The notes below the pieces were generated by a model. It was not told the origin of the DNA and made no database searches. It saw only the letters and a program-made list of their open reading frames with translations. The translations under genes were made by a program, and so were the position numbers. Below are positions 52,823-64,000 of a stretch of 64,000 nt of DNA, piece after piece. The stretch lies in the NCBI GenBank assembly GCA_964057225.1, contig OZ059895.1:8060001-8124000 (forward strand), in the 5' to 3' direction. How positions within the stretch are numbered: the stretch's first letter is position 1; each line of letters opens with the position of its first letter. Source of the DNA: Auanema rhodensis. Lineage: Eukaryota; Animalia; Nematoda.

Positions 52823-53455
52823 GAAATAGAACCCTGTTCACCATTGTTTTATAAATATTTCAATGAAAATCGAGATGAAACCTTATTTCTTGAAACAGCT
52901 TTCCAAGCATTGTATAACTACCCAAAAGGAGGGAAGATTAATTGCTCTTCGGCTATCAATTGCAATGAAATGAACGGTTACATATACGCAGGTTGTGGTT
53001 GAAGACAAGATGAATGATGTTCATCCAGATGTTCGATGCCATCTTGTCTTCGCAAATGATGATGGCTGAATGAGAAGTGCGAATAGGAAATACTGAATGT
53101 GGATATGAAATGAAAGAATATTACTCAAATACAGATCTCATGAATCCATTAAAGAGTTTAAGGAAAAAAGAAAAAATTAATGAGAAGTAATGAAGAAATA
53201 AATTTCATGAATTTTGTCAGAGATTCATGAAACTGGTGAAGAAATTATCTGAAGGGTAAAGGCAACATGACTTTTCTGGACGTGAGTCACGAATGAAATG
53301 AAATGCCACTTCACCAAAGGCTATGTATGGTTTGATCACATCTAGGGGTGGAGTTTCTTTTTGTATGTACTAACATGAAAAGCTTACAGGAAGAAAAAGA
53401 GAAGAGATGGAAGAAGGTGAAAAAGAGAGAGAGAAAGAAAGAGAGAGAGAGAGAG

Positions 53456-53500
<45 letters not shown>

Positions 53501-55050
53501 ATGTATGTTTATAGAAAAAAACTATGAGTGAGTGAGAGGGAGTGAAGTATAATGAGCCTTATATGGTTAAACGTTATCAGTAATATGAAAAATCAAATTC
53601 AAAACTCTTCGTTGGAGTAATAAAATTCGAGGAAGCTCACATGCACAGAAAGCAATTTTTGAATTTTTGTCATATTTACATCAAAGCTAAACCAGTCTTC
53701 ATATAATTATTTCATTAGAAAAAGTTGTAAGAATAAGTTTAAATTACAAATAATGATTAAATATTACAAGTTGTGATTGAGATAGCCTTTTTAAAATCTT
53801 TTTTTCTTTATTTCTTATCGGCTTAATGTCATCATAAACGTCTTAAGGTGTATCGTAAGGCTACGATGTCATTTTAATTTTTTCTCAGCCTCCTTTCTGC
53901 TATGATCTATTTGAGATTATTGTTATTAATCTTTTATTTAAAAATTAAATCCTTTCAATAGACTTAGAACTTTGAAACAAAGATTTAGACAAGATAATAA
54001 AGTTCGTTAGCTTTAGGTGCATCATATCACTTCCCCCATACATAGATATACATATTTCACATTTTTCCATGATTATTCATCATTTTTTATGTAAAATATA
54101 TGTTAGAAATATATTTTTCATTCTTTATTCTATTCATATTATTTTTTTTATTTCCTTCTTTTGAACTAAAAAGACTTATTAATAAGTATATATACATATT
54201 ATACAAAGTTACATATAATATCTCTCTCTCATCTATCTATGTATGGTTAGTGTAGGAGGTATGTAGGAGGAGGAGGTAGAAAAAGAATCAAAAAACATAA
54301 AAAATTTACTATTATGACCTACGCATTTCATACAATCACAATACATATTTGTGATATGTCGTCATGTCATTTCTTTGTAATAAAGTTTGAAAATTAAATA
54401 TTTATATGATATAAATTGTGATTATGATCATAGATCTAAAAATAAAATACAAAAATTATTGATTTAGTTATATAATAAAACTTAAATAATCTTCCGATAG
54501 TACTTTTGAAATTAATTATTATTTATTTGTAGATAATGAAAATTTTCAATGGAATGTAGAATATGACAATTTTAAATTAATTTATGATTCAATGGAATGT
54601 ATGTTGCCACTAATGCCATCAACCCAATCTTCCTTCTTTTCATCTTCTGAGCTGAAAATCTAAATTTATAATGAAATGATAACAGAGATTGTCAATGAAT
54701 AAAATGAAAAAAACTAAGCAACATGCTATAACCTAATGACGTGATTTTCAAAGTTTCATAGTATTAATCAGATCAAGAGAAGAATAAGAATAGAATTAAA
54801 TGAAAAGCTCTTTACATAGTGGGAAATAAGCTTCTGATATACATACGAAGTTCCTTCCAATAGTTCACAATTCACATCAAATTTGGTATCGCTATTGTAT
54901 AAAATCTGAACTAATGTTTCATTTTGTGAAAAAAAAAATATTTATATTATAACAAAACAACATGTAACATATCTATTTTCAGATATTTTTTCATTTCAAT
55001 GTATTAACAGACACAAATTTAAAATTCTTTTCTATAACTATTTTAACGAA

Positions 55051-55660
55051 TTAATCTGTACATTCTTGATTAGCTCCTTTAGGATATAATCTATCATATG
55101 GATATCGACAACACAATTGATTTGTATTATATTTTTGGGGTACAAGAGCTCCATTAACACGTAAATAACAGCATGATTCACCCATTCCTCGTCCAAGTGC
55201 ACCATCACAACACATATGAGTTGCAGACTTTAATTATTTAATTTATATGAATATAATACGTATAAATTAAATTATATTACCTTAAATGGTTCAAAATTTC
55301 CGTTATTCTTCTCACAACATGAATCAAAGTTTGATTTTTCAGATACCTATTATTAAATAATGATTATCAACGAATGTTCAAATTAGCTATATTACTCTAT
55401 CTCCACAGCATATTTGTGATCTTCCACCATCAAATACAGTATTTCCACAACATACATCACTCGGAGTAAGTGTTCTAAAGAAATGAATTCGATATATTTG
55501 GATATATATTTTCAATAAACCTAGCTAACGTTTGATTACAACACAAATAATTTTTATCGGATTTAGAATAAACAGCTTGTCCACAACAATCGCCATTGAT
55601 GACATTATGAACCTACAATATGTTTTAATTATTTTATAAGAAAATGAAGAAGTTAAAAGA

Positions 55661-55714
<54 letters not shown>

Positions 55715-56231
55715 ATCAAATTATATCATATAATTAACTTACAACTCCATCGCAACATGTTTGATCATATCGTAATACTTCTGTTCCACAGCATAATTCA
55801 GCATAGCTGCCACCTCGATTTCGTTCACGAACTGTTCCAGCACAACATAGATGAGTATATGTATTATATGGTTTTGTTTCACAACAAGCAATTCCAAACA
55901 AATCTTCAACTCGTTCAAATTTTTGACAATTTATGTTCAAACCACCACAGCATGCTTGAATTTCTATAAATATTAAAAATTGATTTAAAAAAAAAAAGAA
56001 TTTAAATCATGATAATCATGATTTAATATAATTTTTTAAAATTAGCATAATACTAAAGAATACAGATTTACGTGAACATTTTACGTGAATTTATTATTTT
56101 ATATTATAGTGCATACTTATGAGCGGTTGAAATCATATTTATAAACAAAAATTGAATAACTAACCTAGTTGAGCTTTGCATAAAACTATAATATTATATA
56201 AAAATAATGTATATAATACACTAGACAGCAT
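55051..56231 (-). CDS. Secreted galaxin-like Cys-Cys repeat protein
   Basis: Signal peptide MLSSVLYTLFLYNYIVLCKA, then about 13 CC dyads spaced roughly 11-20 aa apart (ACCETKPYNTYTHLCCAGTV..LCCGTEV..TCCDGVV..), ending ..NQECTD*. Confidence 0.8.
55664..55710. repeat. (AT)n microsatellite (intronic)
   Basis: Direct reading. Confidence 0.9.
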
Positions 56232-56915
56232 AGTGTGTTTTCAAATATATATATATAGTTAATGAAACAGGAGAATGGTTAGTTTCTTGTTTAGAATAGT
56301 TTATTAAGATGTAATTTTAGCTAACTATCGAGAGCTGTAATGCTGAATAGAGAGATGTATGATGTAATGAATGGATGAACTGTACCAACAAATCCCAGGG
56401 TAGCAAAGGGAGGAGTTAAGCCTTGCTTAACAAATATGGAAAACAGAGGAGAATGAGAGATAGATAAAGAAAGAGAAAAATTAAGTTTTCACAGACGAAT
56501 TGTTCATATGAATATGAATCCGTCTACCTTTTTCTTGTTTTCTCTTAAATCTCTATGAGATTGATGCTATTTGGCTTGCTGGTCATATAGATCCAACAGA
56601 AATTTGATGATGTACCCGCACATACATACATACACACACACAGTATTCACCATATCTCAGCTGAGACAATAGTGCTCACAATCTTCTCAGCTTTCCGATT
56701 TCTCTTATTCAATATATAGTCAGTCATACTCTATATCACCATCTAAAAATGGATTTTGTACAAAATGATGAAAAAGAAGTGTATTTTTGGATATATGTTT
56801 CAATTATTTTTTATTTAAAAAAAAAAGTCTCAAATACATATATGTTATAATCATTTTATTTCTCTTTTTTTCATATAAATTATCAAAAAATTAAATATAA
56901 ATAAAGCAATATTAT

Positions 56916-57465
56916 TCAATTTCCTTTATATGAAAATATATTTTTTGATGTTTCTTCCAAAATACACTTGTATAGAATTTCAGGACAACTTAGTTGCTTC
57001 TTCAGCTCATTCCACAGATAAATACAAACATTTTCCGAAGTACTGGGCTTATTCTGAAGAAAAGTAATTATTTGAAAATATTCAGACATTCAACTATACT
57101 CAAATGGAGTAATTAACAGATCTCTTATGTATTTACCTCAAAATATAAAATATCTTTATCAATATTTCGATGATCGATTGTATCAAGAACAACAGCCATA
57201 TTCTTCTTTAATTCCGCCAAATCATAAACCATTCCAGTATTTTCATTCAAATTTCCACGTAATATAACCTTAAAATCAAAATAATTTATATTTACAAAAA
57301 ATATTAATTTATATTACTCACTCTCCAAACATAGTTATGACCATGACCATTAATATGATTACATTTACCATATATCAATTTATTTTCTTCATCAGAAAAA
57401 TTATTTGAATGTAAACGATGAGCAGCTGAAAAGCTTTCAACTCGTTCCATTGTTACTGTTGGCAT
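56916..57465 (-). CDS. ptps-1: 6-pyruvoyl-tetrahydropterin synthase
   Basis: Three exons: [64 protein letters not shown]; Zn-binding His residues and catalytic Cys intact. Confidence 0.95.
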
Positions 57466-57975
57466 ATTTTGTCTAAAACTTTGAAGAATATATAATATAA
57501 AACTTAATATATATAGTTAAGTAAAGGTACATAGGCTAAAACATTAGGTTATATATACATATAAGATATTTATATAGAATAGAGAACAATATGAATCAAT
57601 CTTTGTATTGCATACATAATTCAAAGGCTCATTATTCCCTGAACCGGAAACTTGCAATCCCATTGAAAAGCAAAGCGGTTTAAAGCTTAATTATCATTTT
57701 TTGGTTTTTAAATCTAAAACATATCATAAAACTAAATTGATTACAAGTAAAAAGAAAACAATTTATTATTAAAAATCATTGTGTTGCATATGATTCAACG
57801 AATCTTTTTAAAGCAAAAGAATGTATAATAGAAAAAGATTTTCTTAGTTGTATGCAACATATTCCTGTGCTTGATAAGATAACAAAAAATGTCAATTAAT
57901 AACAAAGAACATGTTTTAATTATTAATTATAATAATTAACAAGAAAATATAATACAATATACAATGTAAAACTAA

Positions 57976-58011
<36 letters not shown>

Positions 58012-58145
58012 ACCCCCACACACTTTAGCTATAAATATGTATGAAAACAGTAGAACACGTTGTTTAGAAATGTATATTATTATTATCACAGAGATCATAT
58101 ATATTAATTTGTAAAATGACAATCTGATAGCTTCAAAATTTTTCT

Positions 58146-58658
58146 TTAGCCATCATCTTCATCTCCATTATCAGCATCTGCACATAAACCACACGTTCTT
58201 TTGCATTTTTGACGTAATTCACAATAATTGCTATTCTCACAATACTGAGCAAATAGAGCACAATCATAGCAATCATCAAAGCATCCTTCACCTAGGCAAA
58301 ACAAAATTATTATTATAATACATTGAGTATATTTTCAAATTATATACTTACAGCAGTAATCACATACACATGTATAGCCATCTGGACATTCTCCACCAAC
58401 ACAAGCTTTAAAGAATGTATATAAGATTCATATTAGAAAGATTAATTCTTACGTCCAAGTGCTAACCTACCGGGACCACATCCACACCATGAATTATCTG
58501 TAACTTGATGAAGAACACATCCACCTTGAGCGTATATAAACGATATAAATCCCAATATAACGATCAGACTAAATATACAATATGAGGGAGTGCCTGAATA
58601 AGGAAGAGCTTTAATCCACAATGAAAAGCAGATATCAACCTGACATAACCCATACCAT
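58146..58658 (-). CDS. Small secreted Cys-rich protein: CC-type domain plus ShKT domain
   Basis: Four exons: hydrophobic leader, GPACVGGECPDGYTCVCDYCC, then CFDDCYDCALFAQYCENSNYCELRQKCKRTCGLC and an acidic tail. Confidence 0.8.
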
Positions 58659-59222
58659 ACTTCACTTCAACAGATGTTTAGCTAGAAGTATTTTGAAAAA
58701 TAAATCAATTTTTGGAAGAAATAAGATTTTCAGAAGTTCTATAGACGAAAAAGTTAAACGTAGAGATAGTGAATGAAATAGGAGGGAAGTAGCAAAAGAA
58801 TGTTTGTTTAATACTAAAGACGGAACAGTTCATTTCTATTGAATATGCATACCAACTAACACATATTGATATAATGGATTGTCAATTTGACTCTTTAATA
58901 GAGAATCTAGTCACGTATATTGGTAACCACAAACAATATGTCTAGACAGTTCAAGCCTTTAAATTTTTATGTCAATTGAAAGATTTATGTGTATGAGATC
59001 ATAAAAAATGTAGATTTAGTCGGAAATATAAATATTTTGAGATTTGAATTTAGTATTTACCCTGCAATGCGTGAATGATTTTTGCAACTGCTGTTTAGTT
59101 TCCATTTATATCTTCATTCTTAGAAATTTCAAGCTGACATACGGAATAATTTTCATTTTTAGCGACAAGAAATGTATAACAATAACAAAGAACAATCTCA
59201 ACAAATAATAAACAACATAGTT

Positions 59223-61292
59223 TCACTTGAACAACGATTTGAATAAATCATTTCTTGCCTCATGGCTCCATTCAACAACCTCAGGTCTAGCTGGATGGAA
59301 GTTCACGAGTTTAGGAATAGGCACATATTTAATTTTTTTCTCCTAAAACTATAATTAAGACAAGAAGCTCTTGATAAAGCTTACTTTAGCTAATTTATTA
59401 TCTTTTATTTTCTTTTTATTTCGTTGGTTTCGTAGTTTTTGCATCTCGATGTAATGTCTAAATTATTCAACTATAACGATAAACTAACAAGTTGGCAAAA
59501 ACCTTGTCATTGCAACCGGATCGTCTAGATTGGTAGATTTCTTTTCAATTAGTTCTTTCAATAAATTTTGATAGAAATCATCGTCATCAAAGATTTCATT
59601 ATCTTCATCAATTTGAGAATCGCCCCCTATTCTTTCGAATTCAGATCGTTTCACATGAAACCTTCTAAGTTGTCTAGCCTTATCTCTCATCACCTAAGAA
59701 AAAAATTGAAAACAATCTCTCATGCGAAGCTAACCTTCTCAATTTGCCCATTAATACCATCAACTGAAAAGCTAGAAAAATCTTTTTTTGCATCTTTCAT
59801 CTTTTTGGGTACAATGAATCGAGTACGTTCATCCCATTTAGCTATTGTTTTAGTTCTAAAATACATTTAAATATCTAGTATGACAGTTAATTCATACCTG
59901 AACTTTGAAAACTTTTCTTCGTTTTCCTCAAGTATCTTTTGAACTTTCTTCCAGCTCACTACCTTATTTTTGCTATCTTTATCCTCAACTTCGTCATCAT
60001 CAGATCTACATAAATAAATTGTGTTTTTGAAAACATTTAAAACAATTTCATACTTGAGATCATCTTCATCTTCATTAATATCTTCATTATCATCGTCATC
60101 TTTTTCATCCTCACTACTCTCAATTTCTTCATCAGAGGAATCAAGACCTTCTACAAAACAAGCACAAAATATATTTTTTATAATATTTCAAACCTTTTCC
60201 CTGCAATACTTCCTTAGTTTGATGACTGCTGGACAAAACTGCCTTTTCTGCTTCGATCAACATGGAGACGATTTTTTGAATATTTGCACGTGCTGTAAAA
60301 CACATTAAAAATATTAAATGAAATGCTTCACTACCTGCTTTATAGTTTTCTTTTGTTTTCTCATCAGCAGAAGCTAGCAAATCAATTGCAAGCTTTCCTC
60401 TAGGTAGCTGATTAAAAGCTCTCATTGCAGATTGTAATTTAATTTTCAGAAACAGTACTTGTTCCCAAATCTTAAGCTGTTGAGCAACTGATTGAGCTAA
60501 AAGTAAATAATATATATTTAGAAAATTTGAAAAGCACAACCTTTTTTAATTTCTTTGTCCTGATCAATTGTTTTCAAAAAATTATTAGCAGTAAACGTTT
60601 CGCCACCCTCTTCTTCTTTGTCATGTTCAGCTTCATCTTCATCCTCATTTTCCTCCTCATCGTCACCTCCAGCATCTTCATCGTCCGACTTTTTAAATGC
60701 ATTTTGTAGTTCAGAATCAGATATTTCAGAATCATCTATAAAACATTTTAGTTTCATATGTAAAAATAATATTTTCACCATCATTATCACTATCATCCTC
60801 ATCCTCATCTTCAACATCATCTTCATCGTCTAGTTCTTCTTCGTCAAAGTCAAGTTCACTATCTTCGTCACCTGTACCGATTACAGTATGATGAGAACAT
60901 TATGAATGTTACCTGAACTAATTGGTTTTGTTTGAATAGATCCAATTTCTGATGAATCACCGAATAGCTCACTTCGTGAAACCTAAACGTTTTTATTTAA
61001 ATAAAAATAATAGCTGAGCCACCTTTTGTCCGCGATATTTTTCATCACTTAATTCTAAAGCTCGACTAATTTTAGCCTTTGATAAAACTTTGGTTGTTGT
61101 TTCAAATTCTTCATCATCATTACGTTCAGCAAGCTGTAGTGTATCAACTGCAATAGTATTTTATAATAAAAACATAATTTAAAACTTTTAGTGTACTAAA
61201 AAATTAACATAAAACATACATTCATTATCTTCTAAATCCGGCAGTTGTGGTGCTGGTTGGCCTAATTTTTCTAATTCTTTAAGAAAAGACAT
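59223..61292 (-). CDS. AATF: AATF/Che-1/Bfr2 (Traube) ribosome-biogenesis factor
   Basis: [10 protein letters not shown].., acidic tracts, [36 protein letters not shown], and C-terminal [29 protein letters not shown]. Confidence 0.9.
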
Positions 61293-62179
61293 ACTGTCTA
61301 AAATTAATATAATAACAAAATTATTCCTTTTAAAATTCAAAGAAAAATTGACATATATAATGAAAAAATTTAATTTTATTCATAAAATTATAAGAATTTC
61401 TTATAATCTACGCAGCAAAAATATACGCAATTTCTACAGTGTGTTTTCTTTTAAAACTACTAGATACTCAAAAATAGGCTTATAAACCTATTTGGAATAA
61501 CATATGATAGAAATTCGTTGATGTGTTAGTTATCACAACAGGAATTGAATTTAAAAGTCTAATTTTCGATATTTGGCAATTTAAAACAAATTATTTGAAA
61601 TTTTGACCCTGAAAATGAAATATACTGCTGAAGCACACAAAATCCCGATAACTATCATAAAAAAATAATTTGTAACATAAAAAATGTCATGAATCCTTTT
61701 TAGCTGCAACTTTTTTTTCAAAGAGACTGAAAATAAGAAAGTGTTTAGGAATTTAAACATGATAATACTTCATCTCTACCATAGTTTTAAAAGGCATGTA
61801 AATGTTCCAAATCCTCAATGAATATGAAATTTAGCTGCTGTTTGGATATCTGCAAATCTATCGAATCTTTAATGAGCAGTATTCGAGTTCACCTGTTAAC
61901 AACGGCAATAATTCCGCCAGATGTTTTAACTATGTTATCCCAAAGGATTGGATAGCCATGTACAGTTATGAACTTATCTTTTAAAACATACAAGACTTCT
62001 ACCAAGATTTACATATTTCTCATTTCGTGTATCTAATATTTATTAAAAAATAGCTCAGTAATACTCTTCTGTTCTCTAATAGTTGCCTTGATAAATAACT
62101 TTATTTTTTATTTTTGTCAATAATTGTTTCTGATCCTCAAGATTTGTATGGTTTTCATTCAGTTTCAGGTTTTAAATCA

Positions 62180-63515
62180 ATGATATTGGATATCAAGCTA
62201 CATGCTCTTTCTAACACAACGGCAATTGAGTTTCTAAATATAGCTGAAGTTCTGATTCTACTCATTGCTATGTTTTGCCTGTGTATATGTTTACGCGTAT
62301 TCTTTATCAGTCCTCAATTTCATGTGCACCTAATAGCACTTTTGGTGCACACAGCATTTCTTGGTTTGAATATTAATTGCTTATTTATAAATATGAACTA
62401 TCTTAGCATATACAATACATGTAAACCGTATTCTAATGATTATATTGAGTATAATAACTCCTTATACAGGTAATCTCATTTATAAAATTTTTAAAAGAGC
62501 AGCAGATGCGTATTAGAGCTGGCAAGAAGAATTAATAATCGAGTATTAAACTTCAATTAACTTTAGATCCAAAAACTGAACCCATATTGTATTCAATAAA
62601 GCGGCTCGCCGAGTTTTTACATTTTTCTTCATGTGTCTGTATAATGGGAAACTTGCCCGTATTGATAGGTTGCTTTTATTTATAAAAAGATGTGAAATAT
62701 AATGTAAAATTAAGGAGAAAGATTGATTGCCACTATTTGGCTTTCGAACTATGAAAATCATCGAAACTTCTTATGCATTTTCATTGTAATTATTTTGCAA
62801 TATGGAATTAGTTTCTGTATGACCTGGGCCATGTATGTGAAAATAGTTCCTATTCTTCCTGCAATAGGATTTGGCTTATTTTTAACAGTTGTATCTGTCG
62901 CATTATTCAAAATATTACATAGGTAAATACATATAGACCCTCAAAAGTAACAGATATTTTGCCAATAGAATAAATCAACATCGTTATAAAAAATCTAAAT
63001 TCATTGGAACTACTTATACATTAAGTGAACGCTATCAGCTAGCTGAAAATATACGAACAGCTGGAATAATGAAAAAATGTTGTTTCTTAGGTTCCGCATT
63101 CAATTGCTTTGGAGCATTGGTTAGTCACTCTCACCTGGCTTCATAAAGATATATTCAGATTTTGGCAGCTTTTTATTCATTTCGAGATCATGAAATAACG
63201 CCGCATGTGCTTTATGTACTGTTCAACTTATTTGTAATAGTTTATACTATTCTATTTTTGTTAATGGGAATGTTCAGCCATCAAATTTGGAAAGAAAATT
63301 TTGTAGCGTAAGTGAAAGCAACAAATTTTTGAATTATATAACATTAAACTTGAAAAATTCTCAGGATTATTAAACGTATAGTTAGATGTAAAAATCTTGG
63401 CAGGAATGCAAGTGGAACAGCAGAGTTGAAGAATACTGATGGGTCCCGGATGTCATTCAGTATAGATGAACAACGACAGTATTACTTTAATTCTCTTAGC
63501 ACTTCTTGGAATTAG
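62180..63515 (+). CDS. Serpentine chemoreceptor, Sre (Sra superfamily) class 7TM GPCR
   Basis: Seven exons in frame with FHVHL, GERLIATIWLSNYE, YTLSERYQLAENIR and C-terminal YYFNSLSTSWN*. Confidence 0.85.
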
Positions 63516-63636
63516 TTTTTCATTTATTTTTGTTATTTACAATTGAAGAAGTATATATATATATATATAGATATATAGATCTGCAACAAATAGAATCAAC
63601 AAAAAAATATCGTATAATCTGTAAAAAAATATTCAA

Positions 63637-63966
63637 TCAATGTTGAGTCCATTTGATACTGTTCAAATCAATTCCTTCTTGCACCATCTCCCATAATGGG
63701 CTGAGTTCTCGAAGTCGTTCTGTTTCTTTTACACAAAGGTCAATGGTATGTTGAATCTGAAGGAAAAAAATTGTTTGTGCAAAGAACAAGAAGTGAACTT
63801 CGGCTTCAGTGGTAAATCTTCCAATTCCAAATCGAATTGATGAGTGAGCAAGATCTTCTCCTGTACCAATAGCACGAAGAACATACGATGGCTCTAATGA
63901 TGCAGAAGTACAAGCACTTCCTGATGAAAGTGCAATAGATTTTAAAGCCATTAACAAAGACTCTCC
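63637..63966 (-). CDS. nfs-1: Cysteine desulfurase NFS1/IscS, last two exons (gene continues beyond the window)
   Basis: [71 protein letters not shown]; 42-nt intron at 63757-63798. Confidence 0.95.
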   Translation of the reverse strand, partial: GESLLMALKSIALSSGSACTSASLEPSYVLRAIGTGEDLAHSSIRFGIGRFTTEAEVHFLFFAQTIFFLQIQHTIDLCVKETERLRELSPLWEMVQEGIDLNSIKWTQH

Positions 63967-64000
63967 TGAAAATAAAAATACTATCATGTGAAAATAGTTA

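Noticed and set aside
62498-62566. Possible extra mini-exon with a GC donor in the Sre gene
   Set aside because: Would need a 28-nt upstream intron; direct splicing 62470-62566 keeps the frame

Overview
AT-rich eukaryotic DNA with mostly 39-75 nt introns, TTTTCAG/TTTTAG-type acceptors and abundant (GA)n/(AT)n microsatellites. It is most consistent with a rhabditid nematode; the species cannot be determined. All gene models were spliced by hand. Genes found: a LAPTM-like 4-TM lysosomal protein (+, 15521-16350); tomosyn tom-1 (-, 17647-27568, about 27 exons); a signal-peptide protein with an MFP2-like domain and a long disordered tail (-, 44552-50051); a galaxin-like Cys-Cys repeat protein (-, 55051-56231); 6-pyruvoyl-tetrahydropterin synthase (-); a CC-domain/ShKT peptide (-); AATF/Bfr2 (-); an Sre-class chemoreceptor (+); and the 3' end of cysteine desulfurase NFS1 (-). 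About 1-15 kb and 28-44 kb contain no complete gene. The richest hidden structure is the tom-1 isoform architecture: two frame-preserving microexons (12 and 30 nt, the first flanked by a UACUAAC cluster), a phase-enforced mutually exclusive exon pair, an internal first exon giving a WD40-less SNARE-only isoform, a GC-AG intron, and phase-compatible alternative first exons up to 13-16 kb upstream. The MFP2-like gene also has a 39-nt cassette exon whose 5' splice site is perfectly complementary to two upstream anti-donor elements. No transposon, tRNA, rRNA or CRISPR could be supported. All isoform calls are predictions from sequence only.
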